Positions 23,083 to 38,119 are shown, numbered from the stretch's first letter. The stretch: 64,000 bases of DNA from Octopus sinensis (GCF_006345805.1 NC_043007.1:4650001-4714000); one strand, 5' to 3'. Notes: a model not told the origin generated them from the letters alone. Translations and numbers: made by a program.

Positions 23083-23687
23083 ATTTTTTTTTTAGTTTCT
23101 CCTTACCAAATCCAGTTATGTTTTGGTCAGTCAGGGGCTATAGTAGAAAACACTTGCCAAGGTGCCATGCAATGGGACTGAACCCAGAAGCATATGGTTG
23201 AGAAGCAAACTTGTTTACCACTCAGCCATGCCTGCATCTATATCATCATCGTCTTTGTTTAATGTCCATCTTCCATGCATGCATGGGTGGGATGGTTGAC
23301 AGAAGCTGGCCAGTTAGAAAAACTACCCAAGGCCTTTGTGTCCATTCTGGCAGGGATTCTACAGCTGGATGCCCTTCCTAACACCAACCATTCCACACAG
23401 TGGACTCAGTGCTTTCTATATGGCACTAGCATAGGTGAAGTTAGTTTTGGCAAGATTTTGACATCTGGGTGCCCTTCCAGATGCCAACCATGTTACAGCA
23501 TGGACTGGATGCTTTTAATGTGGCACCAGCTCTGGCAGGGTAACCAAGTAACTCACAAGTATGAGAGGGGCAGGGCATTTGTGGAGGGGAACTTGTGTAC
23601 TTGAAAAATAAAGATAAAGAATGTATGAAATGTATATTAATATACATACACAGACAGTAACCATTTATCTGTGTTATTATTAGTATT

Positions 23688-24056
23688 ATTACCTCTACTT
23701 TAGCGAAGGTGGGTGTATTGTTTTCAGTCATGTTTGTTTGTTTCTTTGTCCGTGGACAAGATATTTCAAGAACCGCTGGATGGATTCAGACAAAAATTTC
23801 AGGAATATTTGGCCCCGTGACTGGCATAAATCGATTAGATTTTGGGATTGATCCAGTATTGGACAAGGATTCTGGATTATTTTCCTCTTTTTTTACTTAA
23901 TTTTTGAGTTCAGTCAGGTTCATTTTTAGTATTCTTGTTTGTGAGAGCAGTCGAGTTTATTTCAGATATTCACATTTTATAAATCATCTCTGGCTAATCA
24001 TTGAGAGGACATTGGTGTTGCCTTGGCAGAGGTTTGTGCTCTCTGAGTGCACTTGT
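23688..24056 (+). mobile_element. Helentron-associated non-autonomous element (HINE-like)
   Basis: Subterminal inverted repeats ACCTCTAC..AAGG / CCTTGGCAGAGGT and 3' hairpin GTGCTC-TCT-GAGTGC; second copy at 37283. Confidence 0.6.
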
Positions 24057-24087
24057 TGTTGTTGTTGTTGTTATTATTATTATTATT

Positions 24088-24305
24088 AAAGCAGTGAGCT
24101 GGCAGAATCAATAGCATGCCGGACAAAATGCTTAGTGGCATTTCATCAACCTCTATGTTCTGAGTTCAAATTCCACTGAGGTCGGCCTTGCCTTTCTTCT
24201 TTTCAGGATTGATAAAATAAGTACCAGTTGAGTACGGGGTCGATGTAATCAACTGTCTCCCCCACCCCACAAAATTTCAGGCCTTGTGCTTAGAGTAGAA
24301 AGGAC
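24088..24305 (+). mobile_element. Deu/Nin-type tRNA SINE (S1 variant)
   Basis: GAGCTGGCAGAATC head, GAGTTCAAATTC, GATAAAATAAGTACCAG core. Confidence 0.7.
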
Positions 24306-24589
24306 TATTAGGCCTGTATCCTTATCTGTATTTTGAGTGCTGGCCTGTTGTTGGGTCTGTGTTATGGTTGTTCTGTGTTTGATGTAATCGTTTGGTTCGT
24401 TGGCCAAAGAAAACTTGTGCACTTAAAGTCCTGAATGTGGCCACAACTGTATTTCGAGAAACACTGTACGACATGACAATGATGTCACTGGTTAATCTTT
24501 CAGCTGATGACTCAGAGATATGACAGAGGATTAGCTGTGATAATCTGTTGCTGCAGCAACAAGAATGAAAATCTTTTGGACACTAATCT

Positions 24590-24965
24590 TTCATCTTTTG
24601 TCTTTTACTTGTTGGACTGTGGCCTTGCTGGAGCACCACCTTGAAGGGTCTAGTTGAAGAGATCAACCCCCAATGCTTATTTTTCAGCCTGCTACTTACT
24701 CAGTCTTGATCGTTTTTTTTTCACCAAAATGCTAAACAACAGGAACATAAACAAACCAACACTGGTTTTCAGTTGATGAGGGGACAAACACAACAGAAAC
24801 ACAAAGGCACACACAACAGGCTTCCTTCAGTTTCTATCAACTGAATCCACTTCCACGTCTTTGGTTGACCCAGGGCTATAGTAGAAGATGCCCAAGCAGC
24901 AGTATAGTGAAATTGAACCCAAGACCACATGGTTTGTAAGCAAATTCTTCGCCCACAGCCATGTT
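24590..24965 (-). mobile_element. Bipartite tRNA/CORE SINE (S2)
   Basis: Reverse complement of the 2683-3093 architecture. Confidence 0.65.
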
Positions 24966-25089
24966 TACACCTATTCTTGACCACATTGTCATTGGTTTGT
25001 GTTCCGATCACTTAGCATTTTGGTAAAAAAAAACAAAAAAACAGAAAACCAAACAAAGTAATTTACCTATAATGACAATAAATAACCAG

Positions 25090-27015
25090 TTTTCTTTATT
25101 TCTAACTGAAGCAGGCTTGATGGGCCCACAAAGAACTGTTTTAGCAACAATGAAACCGCCAGAACTTGAAACAGTGAATTTTAGTATTATAAAAATTGTG
25201 TGATAACATCGTTAGTTTTGTGACCAAAACGAAGGGATAATTGCTGAAAAGGGTCAGGTGGTTGTTACATCAAAATCTGACTGAATCTATTCAAGGTTAT
25301 TCTCTGAGATTACGTGAATCAATTTTGTTTTTACAATTTTGATAAAACTGGAACCAAAGGACAGAGTACAGAAGACGACATAATTCAAATGAAACACACG
25401 GTTAACATGCAATCATCTGAGTATCGTGTGAAAAACATTAGAATATCTTCAATCAGGTGATCAGAGGCTGAATGCATGCATTGAATTCATTTAACATTTT
25501 GAAATGGTTTCTAAAATTTAGATTCCTGAAAACAGGAAAAAAAAAAAGAAAATAAAAGTAAGGATGATCTTTGATATTACAGTGACACCTGTTGAGAGAA
25601 ACAAGTGTAAACCTGATTATAAATTTTGCTTTCGTGAATTTTGTGCTTTTATAAGCATGCACCGTCAAAAATGTCTGTCCTGCTTTTAGTAAAACTTGTA
25701 TTAAACATTAGGGGGAAAAATAACTATCTTAAGGTAATGTGTAAATCTATAAAAAGAAATTAAGGAAGGAAAAAAAAGGGAGATTCTGAAAGTATTTATG
25801 AAATTGACCCCAAAAAAGCAAGAAATTATAATAATCTATTGATCAATTTTGAAACTCAATAATGCTAATGTTAAGATGTAAATTGAGAGTGGTTGTCAGG
25901 TAATACCCAAGTATTTCTGGAAGGATTTGAATAAACCAAAATTAAGAAAGTGTGCTTTCAAACTAAAACAATTTGATGTGGAATTCATTGAAATCTTTGG
26001 TAAATTAATGGAAACAGATATGATAATAGAGATTGTGAATGTTATTGTTGATAAATTAAAAAAAAAAATCATGGCTTGTTTTGTACGGAGATGATGAATG
26101 CTGATGGTTCAACATTAATTCATGAAATTGAAGCTTCAAGACAATTTAGGAGATTAAGAAGTTTTAACGCTAAAAATCTTCACAATGGAAATATCAGGTA
26201 TGTTATTTTGAGGCACAACCATTCTCAATACACATTAAACCATTGGTAGCTAAGGAAACTCATTAATGAAGGTTCTTTAGAAGGAGTTCTGCTTGGAAGG
26301 AGTAAAAGGCCTTCACAAATGACAGCATTTGATTAAGAAATATATAATATAAAGGGATCCCGAATATCACTTGTGGATGCATTATCACAATTGAAATTTA
26401 CTGATAATGTTGATTGGAATGAACATGACTATGATGATGGATCCTTCATTCTTCTTTGCAGAAACTGATGCTATAAATTGTGGAAATATAAGAGTCGGTA
26501 GTATTTTAAGCAGTTTATTAAAAGGGATTTTTGAGAACTATAGAATAACTGTTATGTTGTTGGAAAGATATTTAAGTCATTGAAAATTCCATCAAAAAAT
26601 TGAAATTTATATATTGAAGTGATGAAGAATTAATTGTTCCATTAAACCAGTTGAGAATGTTAATAATAATAATAATAATGATGATGAGCATCATAGCCAT
26701 GTGTTGATAGGGATTCTTTGGGGTTTGAATAATTCACCTCTGGAAACATGGGTGTTTCATTCAACATCCCTAAACTACCCTTATTCAGGGACCTTTTGAG
26801 CGGGATGGTTACTCGACCAGAAGAAAATTCTAACTGGGCCCCACCTGCAAGGTCATGTGCTGTTTATCTTGATATGAGATCACCATGTCGCACACATATG
26901 GTTGTGATGCATGTGCCTGGTGTACCCTTATCAGAAGGGTAGTCATGATGGGTGTACTGGGCTTCGTATATTTCACCCTAGTGTCACTTTGATGGCATGA
27001 ACTGCTCTCTCACTC

Positions 27016-27064
<49 letters not shown>

Positions 27065-27250
27065 GCTATGCAGGATGACATATGTTGTGATACAACAGCA
27101 ATAAGGAATCGGTTGAGATTAGAAGCATGGAGACCAATTTCCTATGGAGATGCAGAATGATTTGTAAGATGGCTGACAGAACGAGAATGGAATTAGCTTA
27201 TTCAGTGAATGCCTGGCTTACGAGAAAATAAATATAAAAAGCCAGCATCC
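25090..27250 (+). mobile_element. Decayed Gypsy-type element (gag, PR, RT deleted, RNase H end, integrase start), same family as 5460-8560
   Basis: gag-like LFLTEAG and ESIQGYSLRLRE; protease-like VKM*IESGCQV..KPKLRKCAFKLKQFD; AFD*EIYNIKGSRISLVDALSQL; DNA similarity to 5465-5830 and 7790-7870. Confidence 0.6.
26686..27015 (+). mobile_element. 5'-truncated copy of the (TAA)n-associated ~510-bp element (family S4)
   Basis: Matches the 3' part of 51566-52070; ends CTCTCACTC(AAT)n. Confidence 0.75.
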
Positions 27251-28259
27251 AAACTCAAATAGAATTGCTGAAAAAAGAATTATCACTGGTGTTAAAATGG
27301 ATTTAAAAGCATATTTGCCAAGTAAAGTTGTATTCATGTCTCGTTGAATTGGGTGTCTTTGATTTAATGGTTCATTCCTCCTCACTCGGAAAGATTTCTC
27401 AGTCCATCAGTTTTAAGAGACAGGCAAATACAAGCACCATTAGCATTGTTCTTTGAAACCTCAGCTTCGGTTTGGTATTGATGCAGAAGCAATGATGTTC
27501 CTCAGGTTAGATTTATATTTTAAAGATAAAATAATACAGCCACAATTCTTAATTGGGGAACAAATTATATTAGTTCATGCAAGTAACGATGGGAATAAAG
27601 TACAGAATAAATTGCTCAAGCTCTGAATGCTTCTTACTCTGTTAATAAAAATAAAGGCAACAAGTTGACAGAACCATTAGAGCATTGGAAAAAAATGCTC
27701 TCAAGGGTTTCTGCTGGATCATTACATTGTGAGTTCAAATCCTAGCAAAGTCAATTTCAATTTCTATCTCTCTTGGGTCAATAAAACAGATTGATACTGT
27801 GGTTGATAATACCAGTTAACTGGCCTGGCTCAAAACTGCTGGCCTTTAATCAAAAACAATTTATAAAAGTTGTAATTTGAGAATACCTACAGAAACATAT
27901 ATCAGACAGTTTTTCAATTAACAAAAGGAATTAAACCAGTTTGCTTCCAAAGGTTATGATGTCATTTTTATACAATATTAAGACAGCAAGATAACAGAAC
28001 AGTTTAAGCATCAAACAAACAAAAACCAAAAAACAAAAACTAGCATGTGCACTAAGTTTTAACGTTCTAGCTCACTCCCCCTGTTTACAGCAATGCTTTG
28101 AGGGAAGGTGTGTAGCGTGTGATCGTCAAATTGACCATGACAAAGAAAGTTATCATGGCGATACCTGCTCAGAAACATACGCAAAGTTACAGAAAGTGTA
28201 TGGCACCTCCCTATAAATCTTTATTGCAATAACATAAATGGTTGTCCCATTAAAAATAA

Positions 28260-29350
28260 GTCTTCGGAAGAACTGAAGAAAAAATTGAAAAATGTTCCCG
28301 CAAGTGATATCACAAGATTTAGGTCTATGCAGAAAGACGGGAGCCTATTTCCAAGTTAGTGAAAACGCTGTACCTGTGTTTAAAGCAAACAGAAAAGTAC
28401 CGTTCGCTGCAAGTGAAACCGTAAATGAAGAGTTGGAAAGACTGGGAAAGAGTGGTGTCATCAAAAAGGTGAATAACTCGAAGTTGGCAGCATCCACAGT
28501 ATGTATTAAAAACAAATAATAAGGTTAAGGTGTGTGCCGATTTCTCTACTGGATTGAATGACTCCTTAAAAGCACACTACCATCAACTCCCAACTGCAGG
28601 GGACATTTCTTTAAAGTTAAAATGGTGGAAAATGTTTTTCCAAATTAGATCTGTCTGATAAAAGTAAATGAAAAATGCTCAAAGTATTTGACAATAAATA
28701 CACACAGAGGATTGTACTGATACACACGGTTACTTTTTGGATTAAAAATGGCACCAGCAATATTCCAGCAAACCACAGATACTATGTTATCGGATTGTGA
28801 ATTTGCAATCCCATACTTGGACGATATTTTGATTGAGAATAATTCTCGTGAACAGCACGTGAAACACATAAAAGCTGTTTTTAAGAAAATTTAAGTCTTC
28901 GGGTTATCTTTGAGTGAAGAAACATGTGCATTCTTTCTACGCCAAATTAAGTACTTAGGGCAAATAATTGATAAAAGTGGTCGACGCCCTGACCTGTTGA
29001 GGGCAGACACAATAAGGAATATGCTTGCGCCAACAAATATTCCAACTTTACAAGCATTTCTTGGGTTGGAAAACTATTACCAAAACTACACTCCTAATAT
29101 GCACAAGTTAAGAGGCTCCATTGAAAGACTTATTGAAAAAAAAGGGTAAAATGGAATTGGTCCCCTAAATGCCAGAACACTTTTGAAGAAATAAAAAACA
29201 TTCTAATCTCAGACCTGTTGTTAGCACATAATGATCCTGAAATGGACATCATTGTAATGTCTGATGCTTCCGAGCATGGATTAGGTGCAGTTCTACTTCA
29301 TAAATATGAAGACAGAAGTACAAAACCAGTGGATCATGTTTCATGGTTGC
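28260..29350 (+). mobile_element. Gypsy-type pol remnant (RT and RNase H)
   Basis: PVFKANRKVPFA..VNEELERL; KVCADFSTGLND; LFGLKMAPAIFQQ; IPYLDDILI; IKYLGQIIDKSGRRPD; LQAFLGLENYY; SDASEHGLGAVLLH; several stops and frameshifts. Confidence 0.9.
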
Positions 29351-30816
29351 TAATAGGTCTAGGTTTCTTTTCTAGACCCAGGATCAGTCTTAAGTGAGCT
29401 GGTATTAAAAAGGTTAAAGCTACAGGTTCTGTTGAAGACTTGCCTAAATCTTGAATTTCTGTCACAGTTGTAACACCAAAATCAAATTTTACCAAAAAGC
29501 CACCATTAGACAGTGGCTATGCTGGAGCACTGTCTTTGAGATTTTAATTGATCAAATCAAATCCAGGATGTGCAGTACTAAATATGTTGGGATCTTATAT
29601 AAAAGTTATTTACAGACTCCTTGGTCTGTAATACTAATTTATGGGGATGCAAACAAACTAACACTGGTTGTCAGGTATTGAGATACAAACACATAAATGA
29701 CTGGCTTCCACATAGTTTACATTTACAAAATTCATTCATCCAGCTTCAGTCTGCCTTGGGCTATAGTAGAAGCCACTTGCCCATGCGCCACACTCTGTCA
29801 CAATAACAGCAGCAACAACAACAACACTGGCAAGAACAACAACAGCCACAAGAAGAATATCTGTTAGCATAAACCAACCCTGCGATAATTGAGAATTCAT
29901 AATAATCATTACAACAACCAATGCTGGACCCTATCTACATTTATGACTTGTTGTATTTTAGGGAATAAGGAAGGAATAATAAAAGAGGGAGTCAGAAATG
30001 TTTAGCCAATCATAATACTCACTGTTCCATGTGCACCTTTTGTTTGTTTGTTTGTTTGTTTGTTTGTTGAGATGGAATCTAACCATGGCGACTGCAGTCC
30101 TTTTCCACATAGATACCTCCCATATGTGCTGATTCATTAAATTCACTTCACATCCTATAATTATCCCATGTCTTTCACTAGAATTTTAAAAAAGAAAGAA
30201 TTAACTACCAGCCATTAACACAACTTACTCCTAATTAAATTTAATTATTATCATAAGATTAATACACATTCAAAAGCGGAATCCCTTTGGCTTTTCAATA
30301 AAAGAACTGCAGTTACAAGCAAGATACGGTAACAAGATTGTTTAATGAATACAACACGGCTTTGATATTCCAGCAGACTTACTTAGCTGCTGCTGCTTGC
30401 TACAGTTGTCAATCCAATGAAAGAGAGTCTTCACATTTTCTAGATCCTTCTTAAATGATGGGGCAAAGGTACTATTGAACTAAGCTGGTCACTGATTTAC
30501 TTCATTCCCCGGAGGAAGCTTTCAGTTGCCTGGGACCAAAGAGTCTGTAAATAACTTTTATAAGATCCCAACATATTTGGTACTGCACATCCAACAATAG
30601 GATTTCATCAAATTCTGAATTCTGTGTAAAGCAATTTGGAGGTCAAGTGATGTTAAACACTTTTTCAGTTTGGTTTCCACATGAAACAGAGAAGCTTGCT
30701 TCACAACCATGTAATTTAGGGTTCAGTCCCACTGCACAGCACCATAGGCAAGGGCCTTCTATTAAAGTGATAGGCCAAGCAACACCTTGGTTGTGTGTGT
30801 GTTTGTGTGTGTGTGC

Positions 30817-30849
<33 letters not shown>

Positions 30850-31582
30850 ATATATATATAATTATACATATATGTATATATATATGTGTGTTTATATATA
30901 CATATATATATATACACATTATACACACACACACATACAATACATATATACATGCATATATGGATGTATGTATCTACCTATATCTGTCTGTCTGTCTATA
31001 TCTACCTATATCTATCTATCTATATCTGTGTGTGTGTGTGTAAAAGTAAGATCCTGGGATCAAGGTGTAGGAAGTTAGTAAGCTTCAAGCAGTCCATAAA
31101 AGGAATAAAAAAACAACTTTTAAGTGGTTTATTGATGTAGAAGGCTGCACATTTTTCCCATATCAAAGTTCGATAAACTGGGAAAAGGTTATTTTATAGT
31201 TCACAGTAAGCAACTGGGGTTGCTGTTTGTGTGAATAATAATCCAAATTTACAGAATTGGAGCAGGTAAAATCCAAGCTACATGATATTTCCTAGCTGTG
31301 AGAAGCTTGGAAATAGTAATCACACCCAAACAGGGGTTCCTCTGCTAAATACTTTCCAAGCCTTTGTCAAAAAAAGATAGCTTAGAACCCAGAAAATATA
31401 AAATTGTAGTGGTTATCTTAGTGAACGCTGATGAAAAAGAAGAAAGAGAGCAAGAACTGGTATTAAGCAGAGGGACCGATAACTACATGCTAAAGAAATA
31501 ACTGCTTGGATGATGGTTTGTGGAGGGAAAGACTGTCACAGAGGAAGAAACAAACCATTATATAATGGTACATATATGCATA

Positions 31583-32065
31583 TCATCATCATCATCATTT
31601 ACCATCCGCTTTCTATGCTGGCATAGGTTGGACGGTTTGACTGGGGGCTGGCAAGCCAGAAGGCTGCACCTGGCTCCAATCTGATCAAGCCAGGTTTCTA
31701 CTGCTGGATGTCCTTCCTGGTGCCAACCACTCCGAGAGTGTAGTGGGTGCTTTTTATGTACCAGCAGCATGAGGGCCAGTCAGGTGGTACTGGCATCAGC
31801 TATGCTTGAATGGTGCGTTTTATGTGCCACCATCATGGGAGCCAGTGACGCAGCACTGGCAATGACCATGCTTAAATAGTGCTTTTTACATGCCACCAGC
31901 ATGAGGGCCAGTCAGGTGGCACTGGCATTGACCACACTTGAATGGTGCTTTTTACATGCTACTGGCACAGGAGCCAGTCAGTCAGCTCGAACGGTACTTC
32001 TTATGTGCCACTGGCATGGGACCAGTCATCTGGCACTGGCATTGACCATGCTCGAATGGTGCTTT
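31583..32065 (-). mobile_element. RTE 3'UTR fragment with tandem units
   Basis: (CAT)n tail then reverse-complement units of GGTGGCA..TAAAAAGCACC. Confidence 0.7.
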
Positions 32066-34406
32066 ATGTGTATATATATATATACATGGATGATAGGAGA
32101 GCTCAGCTAATTCATTGACCTGGAGCCCTTAGAGCTAAAGAGGGACCCATGAATATTACAAAAAGTCAAGTTTTATGAATTACGAGAGGACCCAAAAACC
32201 AACCCTTTACCATCTTACAATATTTCTCTTGGACGTTCTGAAGGTGGCTGGCACCTCTCACACATAATCTTTTCTTTACATTCCCAGGAGTGTGACACAA
32301 GCAATACTGAAAACCCAGTCTTCAGCAACATGCCAGAGTTATATTTTACTATTTCTAAACTGAAAGTCAGTCAATGACAACTGCAATGAGTACTGAGTCA
32401 ATTAATTAAGTAAATTAGCAATCCTTTATAAAACTCATACCTCAGGGGCTACTCATTTACCTGTGAGTAGAAAATATAAATTCAACCAAAAATTGAAATG
32501 CAGAACTAATTAGTTAAGAGGCCTTTATCCTATTTTAATAACGAAACAAGAAAATATTTTTTAACTCATTGTTAATTTGGTAATGAGATGTATGCTGATC
32601 AAGATAATATTAGTATCAATGATAATAATAGTTTCAAATCTTAGAAATAAAGAATGTGTGTGTGTGTGTGTGTAAAAGATACATTCATGTGTAAATATGA
32701 GTGTGTATGACTATGAGTTTGTGTACATGCAAGTGAGTCTGCAGTAGATATGCTTATGACCACTACAGCTTGCATTCAATGAAAGACAAAAAGAATGGAA
32801 TAGTTTTGCCACTGTAGAAAGTTCTCAAGTGTTTTGTTTATGCAATGACAGTCGATGTGAAATTCCAAAGAGTTGTTGACTGCCAAGTCTGTGGGCAGCA
32901 AGTTGTTGCACCTTTTGACTGTGTGTTATTAAATAGCTCTAATGGATATCTACCAAATTCCATTCCCGAGTTATTGATTAACCCAAGATAGAAGAAGACA
33001 TTTGTCCAAAATGCTGTTTGGTAGCATCCAGCTCAGAACCATATGGCTGCAAAAATGAACCTCTTAACCACACATCAACGGTTAAGATATATGCATACAT
33101 GTGTGTGTGTGTGTGTGTGTGCATGTGTATGTGTGTATGAGAGTTTGCCTGGAGGTATTGGTTTTGTGTATATGACTGAGTGTGAGGATTTTCTATGTGT
33201 GTGTGTTTCTGTAGATATGGGCTTTGTATCATTGTATCATAGTGTATGTGTGTCAGGAAGTGTGTGTCTATATGTACATGTGTATGTGTGAAGGTTATGT
33301 GTGTATGTGTATTTTGTGTGTGTGTGTGTGTGTGTCTGCCTGAGTGTGTTAGATTTGTATGTATGTGTGCATATGTTAGTTATTCATCTGTGCATTTGTG
33401 TGTGTGTGTGCGTGTGTGTATGTATTTGCTTGTGTGTGTGTATAATGTTGCACATACACATATATATGTGCATATATATCCAAAGGAATTCACTCAGCAA
33501 TTATGGGGACCTGGTTTCAATCCTCTCATCGAGCATCTTAGGCAAGTGATTTGTATGATAGCATTGAACTGAGCCAAGCCTTAACATTGAAAGTGAGTAA
33601 ACAAAACCTGTTTAGAATCTAAGCATGGGAGGGATTAATTCTGTAATTCAAAGGTCCCGTCTTGTCACACATTGTGTCTAGCTGATTCTGTCTCAGGATT
33701 ATATTAAAGGCATATTAAAGGTCTGTGGTACACTCAGCCAGTTACATGCAGGTAGTTCAGTTGAACGAATGAATGTATATTGTCACGACCGGCAGTATAT
33801 TCTTCAATATATATTTTTACCACATGGGCTAAAAAAATATTGAAGAACATGCTTTAAACTTTGAAATTCATGGACAATGAAACCGGTTAGTAAAATGTAA
33901 TTTTCCTTCTCCTAAAGAACTTATTTTGTTAAAACATGCACTGAAATTTATTTGGTAAAATTTTAATGTGAAAACTTTTTTCTATACGGAAACCTCTCAA
34001 TAAAATGTGATTCTCTCTGTTTTATGTAAAGTGCACATTATGAAAACAAACTCTGACATTTTTTCAGTATTATGAAATGAACTTCTTAACCACTCGGCCA
34101 CGTTTGTGCCTATATACTGTGTGTATATAAGGCACACTACATCAACTGCTGTATTTCCCTCCTTGTTAACTTGTCTGCTCTTAACCTATAAAAACTGAGA
34201 GTTTCGTTGAGCAAGAAAAAGAAAATATTATCGTACAAAATGATGTTATACAACACTGCTACTTCTCTCTCTCTCTCTTCCCCCCTTGCTCCCTCTCTCT
34301 GCATTATTGTTTTAACGAATTGGTCATCATTTATGGTTTCAGTTGGTTTGGTCAGGTTCTATTTGAATTCTTCCAGTGTGTCAATGGGCATGTATATATA
34401 TATATA

Positions 34407-34641
34407 TATTTCTTTACTACCCAAAAAGGGCTAAACATAGAAGGAACAAACAAGGACAGACAAACGGCTTAAGTTGATTACATCGACCCCAGTGTGAAAC
34501 TGGTACTTTATTTATCGAGCCCTGAAAGGATGAAAGGCAAAGTCGACCTCGGCGGAATTTGAACTCAGAACGTAACTGTAAACGAAATACCGCTAAGCAT
34601 TTCGCCCGGCGTGCTAACAATTCTGCTAGCTTGCCGCCTTA
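34407..34641 (-). mobile_element. Deu/Nin-type tRNA SINE (S1)
   Basis: Colinear with 105-338. Confidence 0.8.
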
Positions 34642-34729
34642 ACTATAGGTATGTATATATGTGTGTGCATGCGTGCGTGTGTATAAAGAAAGATAGATAG
34701 ACACGAATACATATCTATATCTATGTATG

Positions 34730-34779
<50 letters not shown>

Positions 34780-36208
34780 CATACATATATATATATACAT
34801 ACATATATATATATACATACGTGTGTCCATGTGTGACTATGTGATCATTGCAGAAATACCTTACCTCACCCACCCATACACACACATGCACCACCTGAAC
34901 AAAAAAAAAACTAACAGCTGCAAAAATGAATAAATAAATAAATAAACACAAATAAATTTTTCATATTACAAAAACAAAGAAAAACAATGGCAACAAAAAC
35001 AATGTTGATGTCTTCAATTTTTGTTGCAAGTGTCTACTTGTTGAACGCTTGAAAGAAAAATGAAGAAAAAGGAAAAAGAAATTTGCTTTGATCCATTTTA
35101 TGGAGGTGATATATTTCTTTCGAGGAGTTCGTTTCTCTCAACCACCCACCCCACCCATCCACTACTATTGTCCTCCGTTTTTATGATTATTATTGTTTTC
35201 TTTATTTCCAATGGAAATCAAGATTTTTTTTTGGAAATATTTATATTTTCAATTTTATTGTTTTATTGTTTTTGCTTATAAAAATTATAAGAATATTGTT
35301 TAATAATTTGAATGACTCTCTCTTACTCTCTCCCCCTTTTCTATTCATCTCTCTCTCTAACTTTCTCTCTCTCTTTTTTACTCTTCTTGCTCTCTCTCTT
35401 TTTCTCCTCCTCCTTTCTCCGTCTGTCTGTCTCAATGTGTGTGTGTGTTTGCAAATCTGCTTGTCTTGACAATTGCATACCAAATGTAAACAAAGGCACC
35501 ATTCATACAAAACACGGTCTCGTTTGTTGTCAATCGGTTGCGAATACTTATCTGGCCACTGAGATGTTTGTGTTATATTTGTTACTCAGAAATTGGGGAA
35601 GGTTGGTGACAGAAAGAGCATCCTGCTATAGAAAATCTGCTTTAATTTATTAAGTGGATATTGAAATGATGACAACAATGATGAGGATGATGATGATGAT
35701 ATATTATCCTAATAAAACAGATGTGCTTCTCTCTACACATGAATGCACGAACACATGAGTATGTGTGAATGTGTATATGTGACTGCATGTATGTTTGTAT
35801 GTGATAAGATATATATAGACATTTATGCAGATATGTGTATGTGCATAAATAGATATTGCTCAATTAACGATGAACTATCAAAAGTACAAATATGCAAATT
35901 AGGCAACCCGCCACTGGGCTAGACTTATTTATGACTGCTTTATATAGCAGCTGACCTATATAGTTGAATGGGGAAAGGAAACTGTATGCATCTTCCCTGA
36001 GGTGCACTCACCCAACCATGAGACAGTCTGTCAAGAGACACACCCATTTTTCTGTACATTAATAGCTGAGGAAGAATGTATTTCTACATAGAAACAGTGT
36101 ATTTGGATTCTTATTTAAGAATGAAATCACTGTTTTAACATCTATGCTGAGGCTTATAACGTTTAAGCTAATTTCAGTTTTTCTAGTCTACACTGACATA
36201 AATAGATA

Positions 36209-36240
<32 letters not shown>

Positions 36241-37282
36241 ATGCGTGTGAGTACATATATATCTATGCACATATATATGTCAGTATGTGTGCGTGTCTAT
36301 ATATATACACATACATATACATATATATATATATATATATACACATACATATACATATATACACATACATACATATATATACATACATACATATATATAT
36401 ATCATTATCTTGAACAAGATAAAAATATCAAGACCATTATATAAATTCTGTCAATCTCAAATTCTTGAAAATAAGATAGAATTCTTTGCAATAACAGAAA
36501 ATAAGATATGGAAAGAAAGAAATGAATAAAAAAGAAAGCAGATAAGTAAATAAATAATTAAACGTTGTTGTCTTTTTCTCTCTCTTCTCCTTCTGCTTCT
36601 AAATTTAAATTTAGTCTTTTGGAAAATTATTACAGACAAATCTGAAGTGGAACGGTAAAAATGGGTGTTTTAACATGAAGGTTATGACATAAGCATGAGG
36701 AGATGAAAGACAAATGGTTTCCAAAGAATAAAAGAAAACAAAACGAAACGAAATGAAATGAAATGAAGATACTTTCGAAGCAATGAAAGAAAGTGTTCAA
36801 GAATTATGGGAGATCTTTTATTATCTTCATTTGCTTTGTTTTGTTGTTTTTTTGCTTTTATTATATAGTAATTTTCTTCCTTTTTTTTTTTGAATCAAGT
36901 GCTTCTACATCATTAATAACTCAGGAGAATTTTTGGCATTAACTTTCAGAAATACTTACAGAACCATTAAATTCTGCCTAACTTGATGCTTCGAGGGAAT
37001 TGTCCTGCTTTTGCTTGTTTTATACATTTTTATTATTATTATTGCTACTACTACTACTACTGTTGGTGAGACAGTGGAATCATTTTTACAGCAGACAAAA
37101 GGTTTAGCAGCTTTTCATCCAATTCTTTACGTTCTGAGTTCAAATTCTGCCATGGTTGACTTTGCCTTTCATCCTTTCAGGATCAATGAAATAACAACCA
37201 ATTGAGCACAGGGGTTGCTTAATCAACCGGCCCCCATCCTTCTCCTAAAATTACAGGCCTTGTGTCTTTACTACAAAGGATT

Positions 37283-37645
37283 ATTACCTCCACCTTAGCG
37301 AAGGCGGAGATATTGTTTTCAGTTGTGTTTGTTTGTTTGTCCACAGACATGATATCTCAAGAATCACTGGATGGATTCAGATGAAACTTTCAGGGATGTT
37401 TTGCCTCATGACTGACATGAACTGATTAGATTTTAGAACTGATCTGGTACTGGAAAAGGATTCTGGATTATTTTTCCATTTTTTTAACTTAATTTTTGAG
37501 AGCAGTTGGGTTCACTTTTAGTATTCTTGTTTGTGAAAGCAATTGAATTTATTTCAGATATTCTCATTCTAAAAACCATCTCTGGCTAATCCTTGAGAGA
37601 TCGTTGGTGTTGCCTTGGCAGAGGTTTTCACTCTCTGAGTGCTAT
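37283..37645 (+). mobile_element. HINE-like element, second copy
   Basis: Colinear with 23688-24056, same subterminal inverted repeats and 3' hairpin. Confidence 0.6.
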
Positions 37646-37664
37646 TATTATTATTATTATTATT

Positions 37665-38119
37665 GAGTGAGTGAGAGAGCAGTGCATGCCATCAAAGTGA
37701 CACTGGGGTACAAATATACGAAGCCCAGTATACCCATCATGACTACCCATCTCATAAGGGTACACCAGGCACATGCATCACAACCATGTGTGCGCAACAT
37801 GGTGATCTCATATCAAGATAAACAGTACATGACCTTGCAGGTGGGGCCCAGTTAGAATTTTCTTCTGGTTGGGTAACCCATCCCACTCAAAAGATCCCTG
37901 ATTAAGGGTTGTTTAAGGATGTTGAATGAAACACCCATGTTTCCAGAGGTGAATCATTCAAACCCCAAAGAATCCCTCTCAGCACATGGCTATGATGCTC
38001 CCCCACTACTTCTGCTCGTGATCAGAGATGCACATATTGTCAGCTACTAAGGGACATACTCAACTGGTTAAGGTCAAACAACTGACAAGCAAATCTGTGG
38101 TATTGAGCAGAATATTTGA
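37665..38119 (-). mobile_element. (TAA)n-associated element S4
   Basis: Reverse complement of 51660-52070; (TAT)n at its tail. Confidence 0.75.

Noticed and set aside
36061-36105. CTGAGGA..ATGTA/TACAT..GAAA-CAGTG-TA hammerhead-like string
   Set aside because: Extra unpaired bases at both core junctions, at most 2 bp of stem I, non-palindromic stem III and no second copy; likely chance.
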